Source of the DNA: an uncultured virus (IMG/VR IMGVR_UViG_3300025844_000001)
Taxonomy: Duplodnaviria; Heunggongvirae; Uroviricota; Caudoviricetes; Demerecviridae
Reading direction: 5' to 3' (one strand)
IMG/VR virus record: IMGVR_UViG_3300025844_000001
DNA length: 64,000 nt
The notes under the pieces were generated by a model. The model was not told where the DNA came from. It saw only the letters and a program-made list of their open reading frames with translations, and did no database searches. Position 1 is the first letter of the stretch. Each line of letters starts with the position of its first letter. A program made the translations under genes and the position numbers. Below, piece after piece: positions 46,337-57,236 of the stretch.

Positions 46337-47078
46337 TGTTAAAATCCTCAATTATTTTATTAATTTTATATAAGTCTAAAGTATCAAGTTTAAAAAACTC
46401 TGTACTACCCGCATTAGCTAGTAAAGAATTTACTTGCTTTTCTTTAAATAAACTATGCAAGTACTTCTCTAGTACCCTTGCTTTTTTATCCCTAATATCC
46501 CAGTACTGGACTATTTGTATATCTTTGTGAATTTGTTTAGCTCTTTTACCCACTTTTTGATTATCTTTAGTAATACCTATTTTATATAAATCTTCTTCTT
46601 TCAAGTATAGTAGGTAAACTACAGAATATACTTGGTTAGCACAACTAGGGCATCCCGTCCCATTATGTACTATACATCTGGGTATAGTTGTCCAAATAAA
46701 AGAGCATAGTTTACATTTAAAATCTAAGTAAGTTCTCATTCCGCTGTATATACCTAGCGTCTCTAATCCCTCTGGTAGCATATCTAAGAATTGTTCGTGG
46801 GTTATTTTTAGTAAACCAGAACAATTAGGGCAGCCGTGTCCTTTAAGGAGGTGCAATAGCAATGGGTTCCACTCGTAGCTGCAAGTAGTACATAGGGTAT
46901 GTATAGGATTACCTACCTTAGTGTACATGCCTAATAGTTTTAGGTTGGGATTTAGTTGTTTTACTCTATATTTGGTTATATCTAACTTAATAGAGGCATC
47001 TAAGTTTTGCTTTACTCTTAAAGTAGGTGTGGCGCATTTCGGCCACACCTCGTACCAAGGTTTATCTATATCTTGCAT
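46323..47078 (-). CDS. putative free-standing homing endonuclease (Zn ribbons plus GIY-YIG-like)
   Basis: GCPNC and GCPSC; VYLL..YKIGIT..LEK..H..GSTEFF; between nrdA and nrdB. Confidence 0.78.
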   Translation of the reverse strand: MQDIDKPWYEVWPKCATPTLRVKQNLDASIKLDITKYRVKQLNPNLKLLGMYTKVGNPIHTLCTTCSYEWNPLLLHLLKGHGCPNCSGLLKITHEQFLDMLPEGLETLGIYSGMRTYLDFKCKLCSFIWTTIPRCIVHNGTGCPSCANQVYSVVYLLYLKEEDLYKIGITKDNQKVGKRAKQIHKDIQIVQYWDIRDKKARVLEKYLHSLFKEKQVNSLLANAGSTEFFKLDTLDLYKINKIIEDFNSDSI

Positions 47079-49321
47079 GCCCCACTCTCGCAATCTTCTT
47101 CTTCAATGTTACCGTCAGCATTTCCACCATCATAGGTATTATGATAGTACCAAGTCTTTACACCTAAGTTATAAGAGTAAATTAAATCACCTAGTATAAC
47201 ATTAGCTGGAACCATCCCTGTAGGATAATTACTTGGTCTATAATATGTATTAGCACTAATTGCTTGGTCTACGAACTTTTGCATAATAGCAACTAAATCA
47301 ATATAGCCTCTATTATCTTTCATATCCCATGCGTAATCATATGCGTACATTAAGTTTTCTACATCAGGTACTACTTGACGGTATACACCATCTTTAGAGC
47401 CTTTAGTAGTGATTGGTGAACGTGGTGGCTCAATACCATTTGTTGCATTACTAATTTGACTAGATGTTTCACTAGGCATTAATGCGGTTAATGTAGAGTT
47501 ACGTAATCCATGCTCTAAGATACTTTCTGTTAAGCTAGCCCAGTCATGTTGATAAATTGGATTAATTAACTTATCTACATTCTTATTATAGTTATCTACT
47601 GGTGTGTACCCTTTAGAGTATTTAGTATGACTAAATAGACCACAAGCACCTTTCTCAATAGCTAATTCATTACTAGTAACTAATAAGCTATACTGTAATG
47701 TTTCGAATGTTTTATGAGTATACTCTTTAGCTCCTTGGTCTGCATAACGTAAACCTCGTTTAGCTAAGGCATGAGCAAAGTTAATTACACCTATACCTAG
47801 TGTTCTACGCAATTTATTCTTTAAAGCAGCTGGTACAGCATAGTCCTGATAGTCTAGTAAGTTATCTAGGGCGCGTACTAATACTCTAGAAATCTTTAAG
47901 AACTGGCTTGGAGTCTCTACTAAACCTAAGTTAACTGCGGCTAATGTACATAATGCAATTTCTTCTTCTGGGCTTCCCATTGGTTCTGTAGGTAGTAGGA
48001 TTTCTAAACATAAGTTAGACTGACGTACTGGTGCTAACTCAGGAATAAATACACCTTGTTTAGTACAATTATCTACGTTTTGAATATAGATACGAGCTGT
48101 CTGTGAGCGTTCAGTTGCTAGAGATAGGAATAAATCTAGTGCTGGTATTGTTTTCTTTTTAACTGATGGGTCTTGCTCTAACTGCTCGTATAGCTTAACA
48201 AACTTTTCTTCGCTTTCAAAGAATAGTTTATACAACTCCCCATTAGCTACTTCAGGACTAAATAATGTGATGTTTTCACCTTTAATTAATCTTTTATAAA
48301 ATAAGCCAGAAAGTTGTATACCATAGTCCAGGTTACGTACACGGTTATCATCTGTACCACGGTTATTTTTAAGAACTAGTAAGTTCTCTACTTCTAAGTG
48401 CCACATTGGATAGAATAGTGTAGCAGAACCACCGCGCATAGCTCCTTGACTACAACTCTTAACGGCTGCTGCAAACATCTTGTAGAATGGGATTACACCT
48501 GTATGTGAGGCTTCGCCTCCACGGATAGGTGAGCCTAAGGCTCTTATTGCCCCACCATTAATACCTACACCTGCACGCTTACTGATATACTTTACGATAG
48601 CTGCTGTTGTATCTGTAATAGAATCTAATGAGTCGCCTGATTCTATTAAGCAACATGAGCTGAACTGTCTAGTTGGTGTACGAACTCCACCCATAATAGG
48701 TGATGGTAAACTTCCACGGTTATTTGAAATTTCATCGTAGAAATCAAGTACATAACTTATACGCTTTTCTTTTGGCTCATTAGCGTGTAAACACATAGCA
48801 ATTAGCATAATAGCTATTTGAGGTGATTCATAAATCTTTTTGGTTGTTCTGTCTTGTACTAAGTACTTCTCAGCCCACTGGATTACTGCTGGGTAGCTAT
48901 ACTCTAGGTCACGTTCGTGAATTAGGAAGTCCTCTAGGAAGTCAATCTCCTTTTTGGAGTAATCCTCTAGAATATGTTTATCATACTTACCTAAACTAGT
49001 TAATAGCTTTATATGATTATATAAATGTGGCGGCAAGAACTCCCCAAAGGCTTGTTTACGCATTTGGAAAATCTTTAAACGTGCTGCTACTCTACCATAG
49101 TCGGGGTTATTAAAGTCAACTAAATCATTAGCTGCTCTGATTAATGCGTCGTGTATCTCTGAAGTAGAGGGTAGTTTATCTACCTTAGATGCTGCTGACA
49201 TTAATATTGATGACGCGCATACATCTAAGCCTTCACATGCCCACTCTACTACTTTATTAACTTTCTCTGCAATGAAAGGTTCGGCTTTACCATTGCGTTT
49301 TAATACTTTTTCAAACTTCAA
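47066..49321 (-). CDS. nrdA: class Ia ribonucleotide reductase alpha subunit
   Basis: ATP cone, QFSSC, QSNLCLE, CESGACKI. Confidence 0.97.
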   Translation of the reverse strand: MKFEKVLKRNGKAEPFIAEKVNKVVEWACEGLDVCASSILMSAASKVDKLPSTSEIHDALIRAANDLVDFNNPDYGRVAARLKIFQMRKQAFGEFLPPHLYNHIKLLTSLGKYDKHILEDYSKKEIDFLEDFLIHERDLEYSYPAVIQWAEKYLVQDRTTKKIYESPQIAIMLIAMCLHANEPKEKRISYVLDFYDEISNNRGSLPSPIMGGVRTPTRQFSSCCLIESGDSLDSITDTTAAIVKYISKRAGVGINGGAIRALGSPIRGGEASHTGVIPFYKMFAAAVKSCSQGAMRGGSATLFYPMWHLEVENLLVLKNNRGTDDNRVRNLDYGIQLSGLFYKRLIKGENITLFSPEVANGELYKLFFESEEKFVKLYEQLEQDPSVKKKTIPALDLFLSLATERSQTARIYIQNVDNCTKQGVFIPELAPVRQSNLCLEILLPTEPMGSPEEEIALCTLAAVNLGLVETPSQFLKISRVLVRALDNLLDYQDYAVPAALKNKLRRTLGIGVINFAHALAKRGLRYADQGAKEYTHKTFETLQYSLLVTSNELAIEKGACGLFSHTKYSKGYTPVDNYNKNVDKLINPIYQHDWASLTESILEHGLRNSTLTALMPSETSSQISNATNGIEPPRSPITTKGSKDGVYRQVVPDVENLMYAYDYAWDMKDNRGYIDLVAIMQKFVDQAISANTYYRPSNYPTGMVPANVILGDLIYSYNLGVKTWYYHNTYDGGNADGNIEEEDCESGACKI

Positions 49322-49556
49322 TTATGTCTCCTACGATATGATTGTTAATGCAATTAGAAAATTTGTCCATACAGCTGCTAGGAACTGTAACGTAACTTCA
49401 TCGTGTGAAATCTCTATTAAAACTGTTTGTAGGTAATCATTCATGCTATTTACTTCCTTCTATTAATTTAAAGTAATTATACGCTAACTTATACCATTTA
49501 GTCAACAAAATTTTCAGACGAAAACACCCTGCCTATGAGGACAGGGTGTATGTTTT

Positions 49557-49736
49557 CTACCAAGTTAGTTTTTCAGCTCGCTCACGAACACTCTTTAGAG
49601 CTAATTCGTGTGCCTGCTTTACTGCTAACTTAGAAGTGGCTGGTGGTTCAATTCCCAATATTCTAGCATTTGAATTAGCTAGTTGGTGGTAGCGTAGTTC
49701 AGTTAAGTGTGCTGGTCTAGGTAGTTGTATAACCAT
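49557..49736 (-). CDS. small hypothetical protein (59 aa)
   Basis: Read manually: MVIQLPRPAH..; TAATG coupling to phoH. Confidence 0.6.
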   Translation of the reverse strand: MVIQLPRPAHLTELRYHQLANSNARILGIEPPATSKLAVKQAHELALKSVRERAEKLTW

Positions 49737-50515
49737 TAATATTCAATCTCCAATTCTTCAAACATCATAGCAAATGCTGATGATTCCTCAGATCGTACGT
49801 TCTTATCTAATTCTCGATACATAAAGGGTACACGTTCATACTCTTTCATCAATGTTAGGAATAAGCTCATACCAGAATCTTTAATATCTGCCTGTTTAAT
49901 GTCACCACAGAATACTACTTTTGCATCCATACCTTTACGTAGTAGGGACACGGCAGTTGCTCTCTGGGATAAGTTGTTAGCTTCGTCAATAATTACAAAG
50001 CAGTTGTTCCAAGTACGTCCACGTAGATGGTCTACTAAAACATATTCAATCTTATCCTGTGCCATTAATCTATCTGCACCTACTTTACCTACCATATACT
50101 CAATACCATCTAAGATAGGTACTAGGAATGGGCGCATCTTCTCTTCTTTTGTTCCTGGTAGGAATCCAACTCCTTTACCTAGTGTTTCTGGGGGTCTTAC
50201 TAAGATTATTCTATCTATCTTACTATTGGGATCTAACAACATCTCTGTTGCTTTAGCAGCAGCTAGGAAGGTTTTACCTGATCCTACGCGTCCTGCAACT
50301 ACAGTTATACCTGAGTTCTCTATAGCGTTAAGCACGCTACGTTGTTCGTCGTTCTTAGGATGTAGTTTCCCTCTTAAAAATACTTGTTTCTTCTCCTGTG
50401 AAAAGTCAACATTAACTACGTTAGAATCTTTCTTAGAGCTGCTTCTACGAAGTTCTCTACGTTCTTTTCTTTCGCAACGTTTTTGTTTTCTAGTCATAGA
50501 TGTGTTATTAGACAT
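49736..50515 (-). CDS. phoH: PhoH-family ATPase
   Basis: GRVGSGKT, GFLPG..EK, LRGRT, IDEA.N, GD..Q.D. Confidence 0.93.
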   Translation of the reverse strand: MSNNTSMTRKQKRCERKERRELRRSSSKKDSNVVNVDFSQEKKQVFLRGKLHPKNDEQRSVLNAIENSGITVVAGRVGSGKTFLAAAKATEMLLDPNSKIDRIILVRPPETLGKGVGFLPGTKEEKMRPFLVPILDGIEYMVGKVGADRLMAQDKIEYVLVDHLRGRTWNNCFVIIDEANNLSQRATAVSLLRKGMDAKVVFCGDIKQADIKDSGMSLFLTLMKEYERVPFMYRELDKNVRSEESSAFAMMFEELEIEY

Positions 50516-50966
50516 GTATATCCCCTTATAGGCTCGCCATAGGAGTAAATTACTCGTGGCTTGTGTTTTAATTCACTTACTATAATACGCCAAATTGAGG
50601 TGGGTTGCAAGTACATTTTTAATTTACTTACTAAAAAGATCTTTAAAGAGCGTTACTCCACAATTAAATCTTGGTGCGGCGCCGTACCCCAAAATCGAAT
50701 ATTAAATCTCAGAAGTTACGTGTATGAATGTGTACCTGAGAAAATATATTCTCGAACGAGGAAAATTTATAGGGTACAACTCGCGTTTTCATTTATAATT
50801 AATAACGAGTGTCTACTGGATTATTCTTGACAGTCTGCGTAAAACATTATAAAATATCTTTTGGATTTCAAAATATTTTAATACACGAAAATTACAAATC
50901 TTCTTTACATACTGTCGCAAATTATAGTATACTTCTCATAGGAAATTGCCTAAGTAGGAGAAATAA
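50516..50966. promoter_or_regulatory. Divergent promoter region and candidate replication origin
   Basis: Strand switch; TTGACA..TAAAAT and TTTACA..TATACT (plus), TTGCAA..TATTAT (minus); AT-rich, upstream of obp. Confidence 0.55.
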
Positions 50967-53753
50967 ATGTTTAGCATATTGAAAGGGCATGAGGGGTATC
51001 ACTTTAATCAAGTTATGGGCAACTGGGATTTTATCGGTGCTAATGATTGGGTTTTTGCCAAAGTGTTTCGTTTAAACAACGATAATAAGCACAGTGCTGC
51101 CCCTGCAATGCTACCTAGCAAATTTAATCTGGTTGAGGAAGCTAATCCAGATAATTTAGAAGAGGCGTTCACCTTAATTAATAAGTTAGCTGCTAACCCT
51201 AGTTTAGTTGCTATTAGAGCGCAAAAGACAGTTACGATTGAACCTTTCAAGCGTAATAGAAAGAATTTTAACTCTGCCGTACCTAGTAAGATTGTGGCGT
51301 TGGACGTGGATAGTGTTCCGCTACCCGCTAGTCTAGCTATGGATAATTTAAATATTGAGAAATGGGCAGAGTATATCATAGATTGTTTTGTACAAATAAG
51401 TCCAGATGTATTCAGTGAGGACATGGGCTTTATTGCACATGCCTCTAGTAGTGCTGGGCTAAAGAAAGGTGTGCGTATGCACATGCTTTTTGAAGCTAAT
51501 ATCCCAGTTACACAGAGTCAGTTGAAGTATTTCTTTAGTGAGGTAAATATTAAGGCTAAAACAATGTTTCAATTTGAGATTGCCGATTTAAACTATTATT
51601 CAGCTACTCAACCACACTTCTTTGCAGATCCTATCTTTAATGATGGTATTGTAGACCCATTTAAAGGTCGTTCTAGAATTGTGTATAGAGAGGGTGATAC
51701 AGCTATCTTCCCTAATCACTTACCTGAGTTCGTTTCTCGTAAAGCTGATGTTGTAAAGGATGACTTTATATTGTTTGATATGATTGATGGTAAACGTTCT
51801 TTTCCAAAAGAAGTGCAGGGAACTATCGATGAATTAATTAATGCTGAGGATGGTGTATTCTTACGTATTATGCCTAAGCTGTATCATAAAGCTTGGCAGA
51901 ATGGTGTGAATATTAAATGGTTAGAGAAGCAAATAACACCAATTATAGAACAGTATATCTATTATGCTGATCGTAGGGATAGAAGTGTGCAGGATTACCT
52001 AGATAATGGTAGAGCTGAGGCACTACGCGCTTTCTTAGGCGAAGCTAGACGTCTAATTCCTAGCATGATTGATGGTGTGCGTGTAACCTATCTAGATACC
52101 ACATCTGAGGAAGATGAAGTGTTCTTAAAGATGCGTACATTGCCACCTAAAGGTTCAGTTACTTTTGTAAAAGCTAGTCTAGGTACTGGTAAGACTACTG
52201 CTGTAGTTAACTGGTTAAAGACTGGTATGGTTAAAGGTAACTTCTTGGCGATTACTAACACTAGATCTCTAGTATCCTCTAACGCGGAGAAATTCGGTGC
52301 TGGACAGTATAGTAAGACTATGGATATGCTTGACTTTATGTCAGGTACACAAACGCGTATGAGTACTACTATCCATAGTTTACAGAAGTTTGCCCCAACA
52401 GCAGATAAGATTAACTTCTTGTTTATTGATGAATGTGATGCTGTAATGAATGACTTATTATTTAGTCCTATTCTAAAGAAACGTAAAGAGTGTATTGATA
52501 CCTTACATGAAATTATGAGTAAGGCAGACTATATTATCCTTAGTGATGGTGATATTAGTGAGGAAACTATTAGTGCATATGGTTCTTTAATTGACTATAA
52601 TAAACCTATTACAGCAATCGACCATAGACGTAAAATGCTAGCTGAAAGTGATGCTTATGAGTTTTGCGATGAAAAATCTATTTGGTCGGCTTTTAAGTCC
52701 TGCCTAGAGTTGGGAGAAAAGTGTATCTTAGTATCTGACTGTAGCCCAGATGATTTAAATGAGAAAGCTATGGTTTTACGGCAACAGACTGGTGCAGTTA
52801 TTAAAGAGGTTCATTCATCTTCTACAGAGGATGAAGATATTCGTAGAATCTTAGACTATACCAACGAAGAGTTAAAGCATCAGAAAATTGATGGGCTACT
52901 TTGTAGTCCGTCAGTAACTAGTGGTGTAGACTTTAGGTATTTTGATAACGTGTTCGTTTTGACACTAAGTAATAATCATACCCCTAACCTTAGATTCCAA
53001 GCTCTACGTCGAGACAGGGGTGCCCAGAGTATCTTCTACTATACCGACCCAGGTACTAGAGGATTCCAAGCAGGTTCTGACCAGTATAATATTGACGAGG
53101 ATTGGATTGATAAAGCTCAACACCTTTATGCTAAGCGTAGAGAGATTGAAAGTATGCACTTCCAAAATACATTTAGGTACTATCTAATGGAGCAGGGTTG
53201 TAAGATTAAGATTATCGAAGAATCCTGGGGCGACTTAGGGGATACTAAAGACGCGGAGTTATCCTACAAGGAACAACGTATTAACGCGGTTCTTGAGTCA
53301 ACTTTAACTTATAGTCCACCTAGACATAATGATGCGTACCAAGTTAAGCTAGCTATTATTAGGTACTACCAACTAGATAGTACTACTGATGTAGATGAAA
53401 TAGTTATTAATCGATACCTAGAAGAAAAACCAGATAAAGCAGCAGAGTTCTTTCATAAGTTGTATAAGAATTTTTGGAAACATATTAAACTGTGTACTAA
53501 TGGATTTCAACCCTTTATTGATTCGTTAAAAAATCATAAAAGAGATTTTTATCTAGATACTGGTTGCAATGCTAATGCTAGGTTCTTTAAAATATACTTG
53601 AAGAAAGCTGGTATCATCGAACCAAGTGAGTTTACAAATATTATTAACTGGTATAGAATATTTTGTATTGATAATAATATTGACATTCCTACAGAGTTTT
53701 TAACCGAAGAAGAAAGTGCACTGAAGATGCAATCAGTGCTGGAGCTAGTATAA
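50967..53753 (+). CDS. obp: replication origin-binding protein / SF2 helicase
   Basis: KASLGTGKT, IDECD, SPSVTSGVD, QALRRDR; T5-like size and position. Confidence 0.9.
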   Translation: MFSILKGHEGYHFNQVMGNWDFIGANDWVFAKVFRLNNDNKHSAAPAMLPSKFNLVEEANPDNLEEAFTLINKLAANPSLVAIRAQKTVTIEPFKRNRKNFNSAVPSKIVALDVDSVPLPASLAMDNLNIEKWAEYIIDCFVQISPDVFSEDMGFIAHASSSAGLKKGVRMHMLFEANIPVTQSQLKYFFSEVNIKAKTMFQFEIADLNYYSATQPHFFADPIFNDGIVDPFKGRSRIVYREGDTAIFPNHLPEFVSRKADVVKDDFILFDMIDGKRSFPKEVQGTIDELINAEDGVFLRIMPKLYHKAWQNGVNIKWLEKQITPIIEQYIYYADRRDRSVQDYLDNGRAEALRAFLGEARRLIPSMIDGVRVTYLDTTSEEDEVFLKMRTLPPKGSVTFVKASLGTGKTTAVVNWLKTGMVKGNFLAITNTRSLVSSNAEKFGAGQYSKTMDMLDFMSGTQTRMSTTIHSLQKFAPTADKINFLFIDECDAVMNDLLFSPILKKRKECIDTLHEIMSKADYIILSDGDISEETISAYGSLIDYNKPITAIDHRRKMLAESDAYEFCDEKSIWSAFKSCLELGEKCILVSDCSPDDLNEKAMVLRQQTGAVIKEVHSSSTEDEDIRRILDYTNEELKHQKIDGLLCSPSVTSGVDFRYFDNVFVLTLSNNHTPNLRFQALRRDRGAQSIFYYTDPGTRGFQAGSDQYNIDEDWIDKAQHLYAKRREIESMHFQNTFRYYLMEQGCKIKIIEESWGDLGDTKDAELSYKEQRINAVLESTLTYSPPRHNDAYQVKLAIIRYYQLDSTTDVDEIVINRYLEEKPDKAAEFFHKLYKNFWKHIKLCTNGFQPFIDSLKNHKRDFYLDTGCNANARFFKIYLKKAGIIEPSEFTNIINWYRIFCIDNNIDIPTEFLTEEESALKMQSVLELV

Positions 53754-54085
53754 TGGAGAAGAAGTGGGGTACTACTCGTGTACCAGATAATGAAAGGTTT
53801 CGTAAGAAAAATACTGGTAAGAAGATTACTGGTAGAGAAGAATACGAAGCCTATGTTAGAAAACTAGAAAGAGTTATCCCTGACGAGGAGTTAAGAGAGT
53901 TAGGGAATAACTTTGGTACTAAACGTAAAGATGTTGACTATGATAATATATGTCGTGTTGTGCCTGCTGATTGGATTAATTCACCACAGTTGCTAGATAT
54001 GAATAAAGAGAACGGCATATACCCAGAACTAATTATAAAGGAAAAATACCATGAATTGCTTGGAAAAGTTACGCGCGCAAAATAA
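53753..54085 (+). CDS. hypothetical protein
   Basis: Coupled ORF. Confidence 0.7.
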   Translation: MEKKWGTTRVPDNERFRKKNTGKKITGREEYEAYVRKLERVIPDEELRELGNNFGTKRKDVDYDNICRVVPADWINSPQLLDMNKENGIYPELIIKEKYHELLGKVTRAK

Positions 54086-54893
54086 TAAGAGTAAACTAAC
54101 TAGTGTAGTAGACTGGAAAGTTAAGTTTAAGGATTACGTTACTGCTAATGGTAATATGAAACGTAGCCTGACCCCCGAACAGAAAACAGAAGTGTTCCAG
54201 TATAGAGTTAAAGATAACTATAATGTACTTGGTACCTTTACAAATAATAAGACTAGAGTATTGTGTGAATGCGTTGTTTGTGATACTAAGATGGAGCTGA
54301 TACCAGAAGTAGTACTAGCAGGTAAGACTCCTTGTCAAGCTTGTGCTGGTAAACTAAAACGTGAAGATACTTCTACCGGAATTGTACCTATAAACTTGAG
54401 AGATAAGTTCCCTGAGCATGTTACCATAAAAGGTATTCACGCGCCTTACCGAGGAGTTTTATGGATAGACATGGATAGGATTAACCGTGAGATTTTCTAT
54501 ATAGTAAAGCAAGCTAATAGAGAGTTATATTCATTTGTTACCCTAGACTTAAAATGGTTTAAAGGTTCCGACCCAGTACTAGCACAATTATATGCTCTAG
54601 GTTGTGAGTATACTAGTGCTACTGCTATGGCAGTATTATATGACGAGATACCTAACTTTGAAATTGGGCATAAAACTTGGGAGGGGTGGGAGCATTCTGA
54701 AAGAAAGTCTTGGCATACGAAGTACGCTGAGGTGATTAAGTACTGTATGGAGAAGCGTTTTAAAAAACGTAGGTATCCACATCTTATGGGGACAGATGAA
54801 AGAGATATACCTTGCTTTTGTTTAACTCCCGAAGATTTAGCGGAGCTTGCTGCTATAAAAGACATTGAGGAAGTATTAGATTGGAAATTATAG
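54051..54893 (+). CDS. Zn-ribbon-containing hypothetical protein
   Basis: CVVC..CQAC. Confidence 0.7.
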   Translation: MNCLEKLRAQNNKSKLTSVVDWKVKFKDYVTANGNMKRSLTPEQKTEVFQYRVKDNYNVLGTFTNNKTRVLCECVVCDTKMELIPEVVLAGKTPCQACAGKLKREDTSTGIVPINLRDKFPEHVTIKGIHAPYRGVLWIDMDRINREIFYIVKQANRELYSFVTLDLKWFKGSDPVLAQLYALGCEYTSATAMAVLYDEIPNFEIGHKTWEGWEHSERKSWHTKYAEVIKYCMEKRFKKRRYPHLMGTDERDIPCFCLTPEDLAELAAIKDIEEVLDWKL

Positions 54894-55190
54894 GATTTCT
54901 TTCCAGTGGCCGGAGTGAATAAACGTATGAGCCTTTTTCGCTGGGAGAAAATTTTTCCCATATATAAAAGAAAAAGATTACTCGCAAGAAGCATCTATTC
55001 CCATGAAAGCAACGTATTTAATATAGACAATATCAGTAATATTATTGACGTAAAGTTCTTCAGTAAATGAGCAACTCAGCTGAGCGCGGTGCGCTAATTA
55101 CCGTCTCGGAGCCCCAAGATGATAATTGTTCTTTACTATCCGATGAATATAACGTATAATAGTTTTATAAATTAATAAACAGAGGCAAAC

Positions 55191-55772
55191 ATGCTGAATA
55201 AAATCATAACGAGCTGGCAAAATATCGAAAGCTCAGTGAAAACACCAGTTATTGTAACAGGTGTTACCCTTGCTACTGCTATTTTTACATATTATGGTCT
55301 TGACAGTCATGTATCCAAAGTATCTGAATGCATAGCGATTACAGAGAAGTATGTACAAGCAGAGTTCTCCGAGACTACGCTAGAACCATATACTTACCCT
55401 TGTGGTAATGGACTATCTTGTAGTGGTATGCGTCCAGAAACCTACTACTGGGATGAAAAGGTATCTGATTCTTGGACTGCTAGAACAGTGAATGGTAAAG
55501 TAGAGTATACACTAGACCATGGGTTTCGTCCCGCAGTTCATCTAGAGCGTGGATTCTACACTACAGATTACCCTCCTGTATATGACGACTTTATACCAAA
55601 CATTGACTTTGATAGATTTTCAGAGAAATTCAGATTTCATGGTACTACCAACCTATCGGATGGAAGCTATGTATCCTTAGCAGCTAAAGATTACTTAGGC
55701 TGTCTAGTTAAACTTAACAGTCCCGTAGAAGTTAATACTTGGTACGGGATACAGTACTCCGCAAATTACTAG
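55191..55772 (+). CDS. membrane-anchored hypothetical protein
   Basis: Promoter, GAGG RBS, TM helix. Confidence 0.75.
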   Translation: MLNKIITSWQNIESSVKTPVIVTGVTLATAIFTYYGLDSHVSKVSECIAITEKYVQAEFSETTLEPYTYPCGNGLSCSGMRPETYYWDEKVSDSWTARTVNGKVEYTLDHGFRPAVHLERGFYTTDYPPVYDDFIPNIDFDRFSEKFRFHGTTNLSDGSYVSLAAKDYLGCLVKLNSPVEVNTWYGIQYSANY

Positions 55773-55781
55773 GAACACATT

Positions 55782-55994
55782 ATGTTAGACTATATTTTAA
55801 TAGAAGGCACAAAAACAGCATTTGAGGGTAAACTCCGTACAAAGGTAGAAGAAGGGTATGCTCCTATTGGGCAACACACAGCTACCTATAAAGAGAGTAC
55901 ACGTGAGATTATCTTTAGTGTTATTATGTGTAAAACTATACAAAGATCGTTACATGGACGCACTCCACCACCAACCGTAGAATATAACAGATAG
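55782..55994 (+). CDS. hypothetical protein (DUF1737-like)
   Basis: F...V.EGY.P.G pattern. Confidence 0.6.
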   Translation: MLDYILIEGTKTAFEGKLRTKVEEGYAPIGQHTATYKESTREIIFSVIMCKTIQRSLHGRTPPPTVEYNR

Positions 55995-56003
55995 GAGTTT
56001 ATT

Positions 56004-56258
56004 ATGGAATCAACAATTGAAAAACTACGCGAAGATTTAACCAAAGGTATTGTAGAGTTAAACTTCATTAAAACAAATGGTGAAGCACGTACTATTTATG
56101 CTTCAATGAGTGTAGATTACTTACCAAAGCCAAAAGCTACTAAGAACCCTGAAATGGCTAGACCTATACCCCCAGAAAACGTTATCTTCTGGGATATGGA
56201 CGCATTACACTTTAAGAGCTGTAAGTGGGAAAATGTTATTGGATGGAAATCAGAATGA
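56004..56258 (+). CDS. WYL_2/SH3-like small protein
   Basis: F.KTNGE.R..FWDMD..FKS. Confidence 0.7.
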   Translation: MESTIEKLREDLTKGIVELNFIKTNGEARTIYASMSVDYLPKPKATKNPEMARPIPPENVIFWDMDALHFKSCKWENVIGWKSE

Positions 56259-56467
56259 GAAGTCGTACTATAAACGAAAGTATTTGGAAGAAGTCTCCTA
56301 AGTACACTAATCCTTTATTTGGGGATACGGAGTATATCAAGCATGACGGAACCTTTTGGTTTAGAGTAGAGCGTGAGACTTATTCCCTATGGAGCAAAGC
56401 TCTAATCTCCACTAGAATAGTGTATATTCGTACAGGCGCACTGAATACATTTAACCCAGTAAAGTAA
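56255..56467 (+). CDS. hypothetical protein
   Basis: ATGA coupling, start MRSR. Confidence 0.55.
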   Translation: MRSRTINESIWKKSPKYTNPLFGDTEYIKHDGTFWFRVERETYSLWSKALISTRIVYIRTGALNTFNPVK

Positions 56468-56543
56468 AATTATTCTTTACTAAACGATATATAAAGCGTA
56501 TAATAGCTTTATTGAATTGAAACACCTTTTAAGGAGCGAACAC

Positions 56544-57236
56544 ATGGCACCAAGAATCAAAGCAGATATTTCAGACGAACAATATAAAGCAGCTATTTCT
56601 GCACTAGAGAATGGTGCCACTAAGAAAGCTGCTTGTGAAATATTAAACATTGCTTATAATACAACTCGTCTTACTACACTAATTGAAACGTATACTAAAG
56701 AAAAGGAGAATGAACTACGCTTACGTAAATCTAAGCGAGGTACTCCTGTGTCTGATGCAGAAATGATTGATATTATTGAGCGTTATTTCGATGGTGAGTC
56801 TATGGAAGAAATTTCAAAACGCACATTCCGACCAATGCCTTTAATTAAGTTAAAGCTAGAACAACATGGAGCAATGCTTAAATCACGTAAAACAGTTAAC
56901 CCAATGAACCCACCAATGATTCCAGACGAATGCGTAGAAGAACACTTCGCTCTTAAAGAACATGTTTGGGTAGCTGGTTATAACTGCTTAGGTGAGATTG
57001 ATGCCATTGTACCAGACCAAGCTGAAACTACATATCGCATCTACTTACTAGACCGTGATAAACATCGTTATGTTTACTACGCATGGTATGAGTTAGGTAG
57101 CTTACGTCACTTACAAGCTCTTGGCCTAGATGTAACTAAGCTAGGAAGTATTATGAGTAAAGAAGATAGAGATATTTGTTTAAGTGAAGCATTAAAGCAG
57201 GCTCGTATGTCTGCAAAAGTTAAAGGGGATAAATAA
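56544..57236 (+). CDS. D2: T5 D2-like DNA-binding protein
   Basis: LENGATKKAACEIL..KRGTP; start after AAGGAG. Confidence 0.88.
   Translation: MAPRIKADISDEQYKAAISALENGATKKAACEILNIAYNTTRLTTLIETYTKEKENELRLRKSKRGTPVSDAEMIDIIERYFDGESMEEISKRTFRPMPLIKLKLEQHGAMLKSRKTVNPMNPPMIPDECVEEHFALKEHVWVAGYNCLGEIDAIVPDQAETTYRIYLLDRDKHRYVYYAWYELGSLRHLQALGLDVTKLGSIMSKEDRDICLSEALKQARMSAKVKGDK

Noticed and set aside
1070..50830. Plus-strand ORFs in the leftward arm (e.g. 19135, 24206, 25370, 49899)
   Set aside because: Antisense shadows of real genes or RNAs, without RBS or motifs
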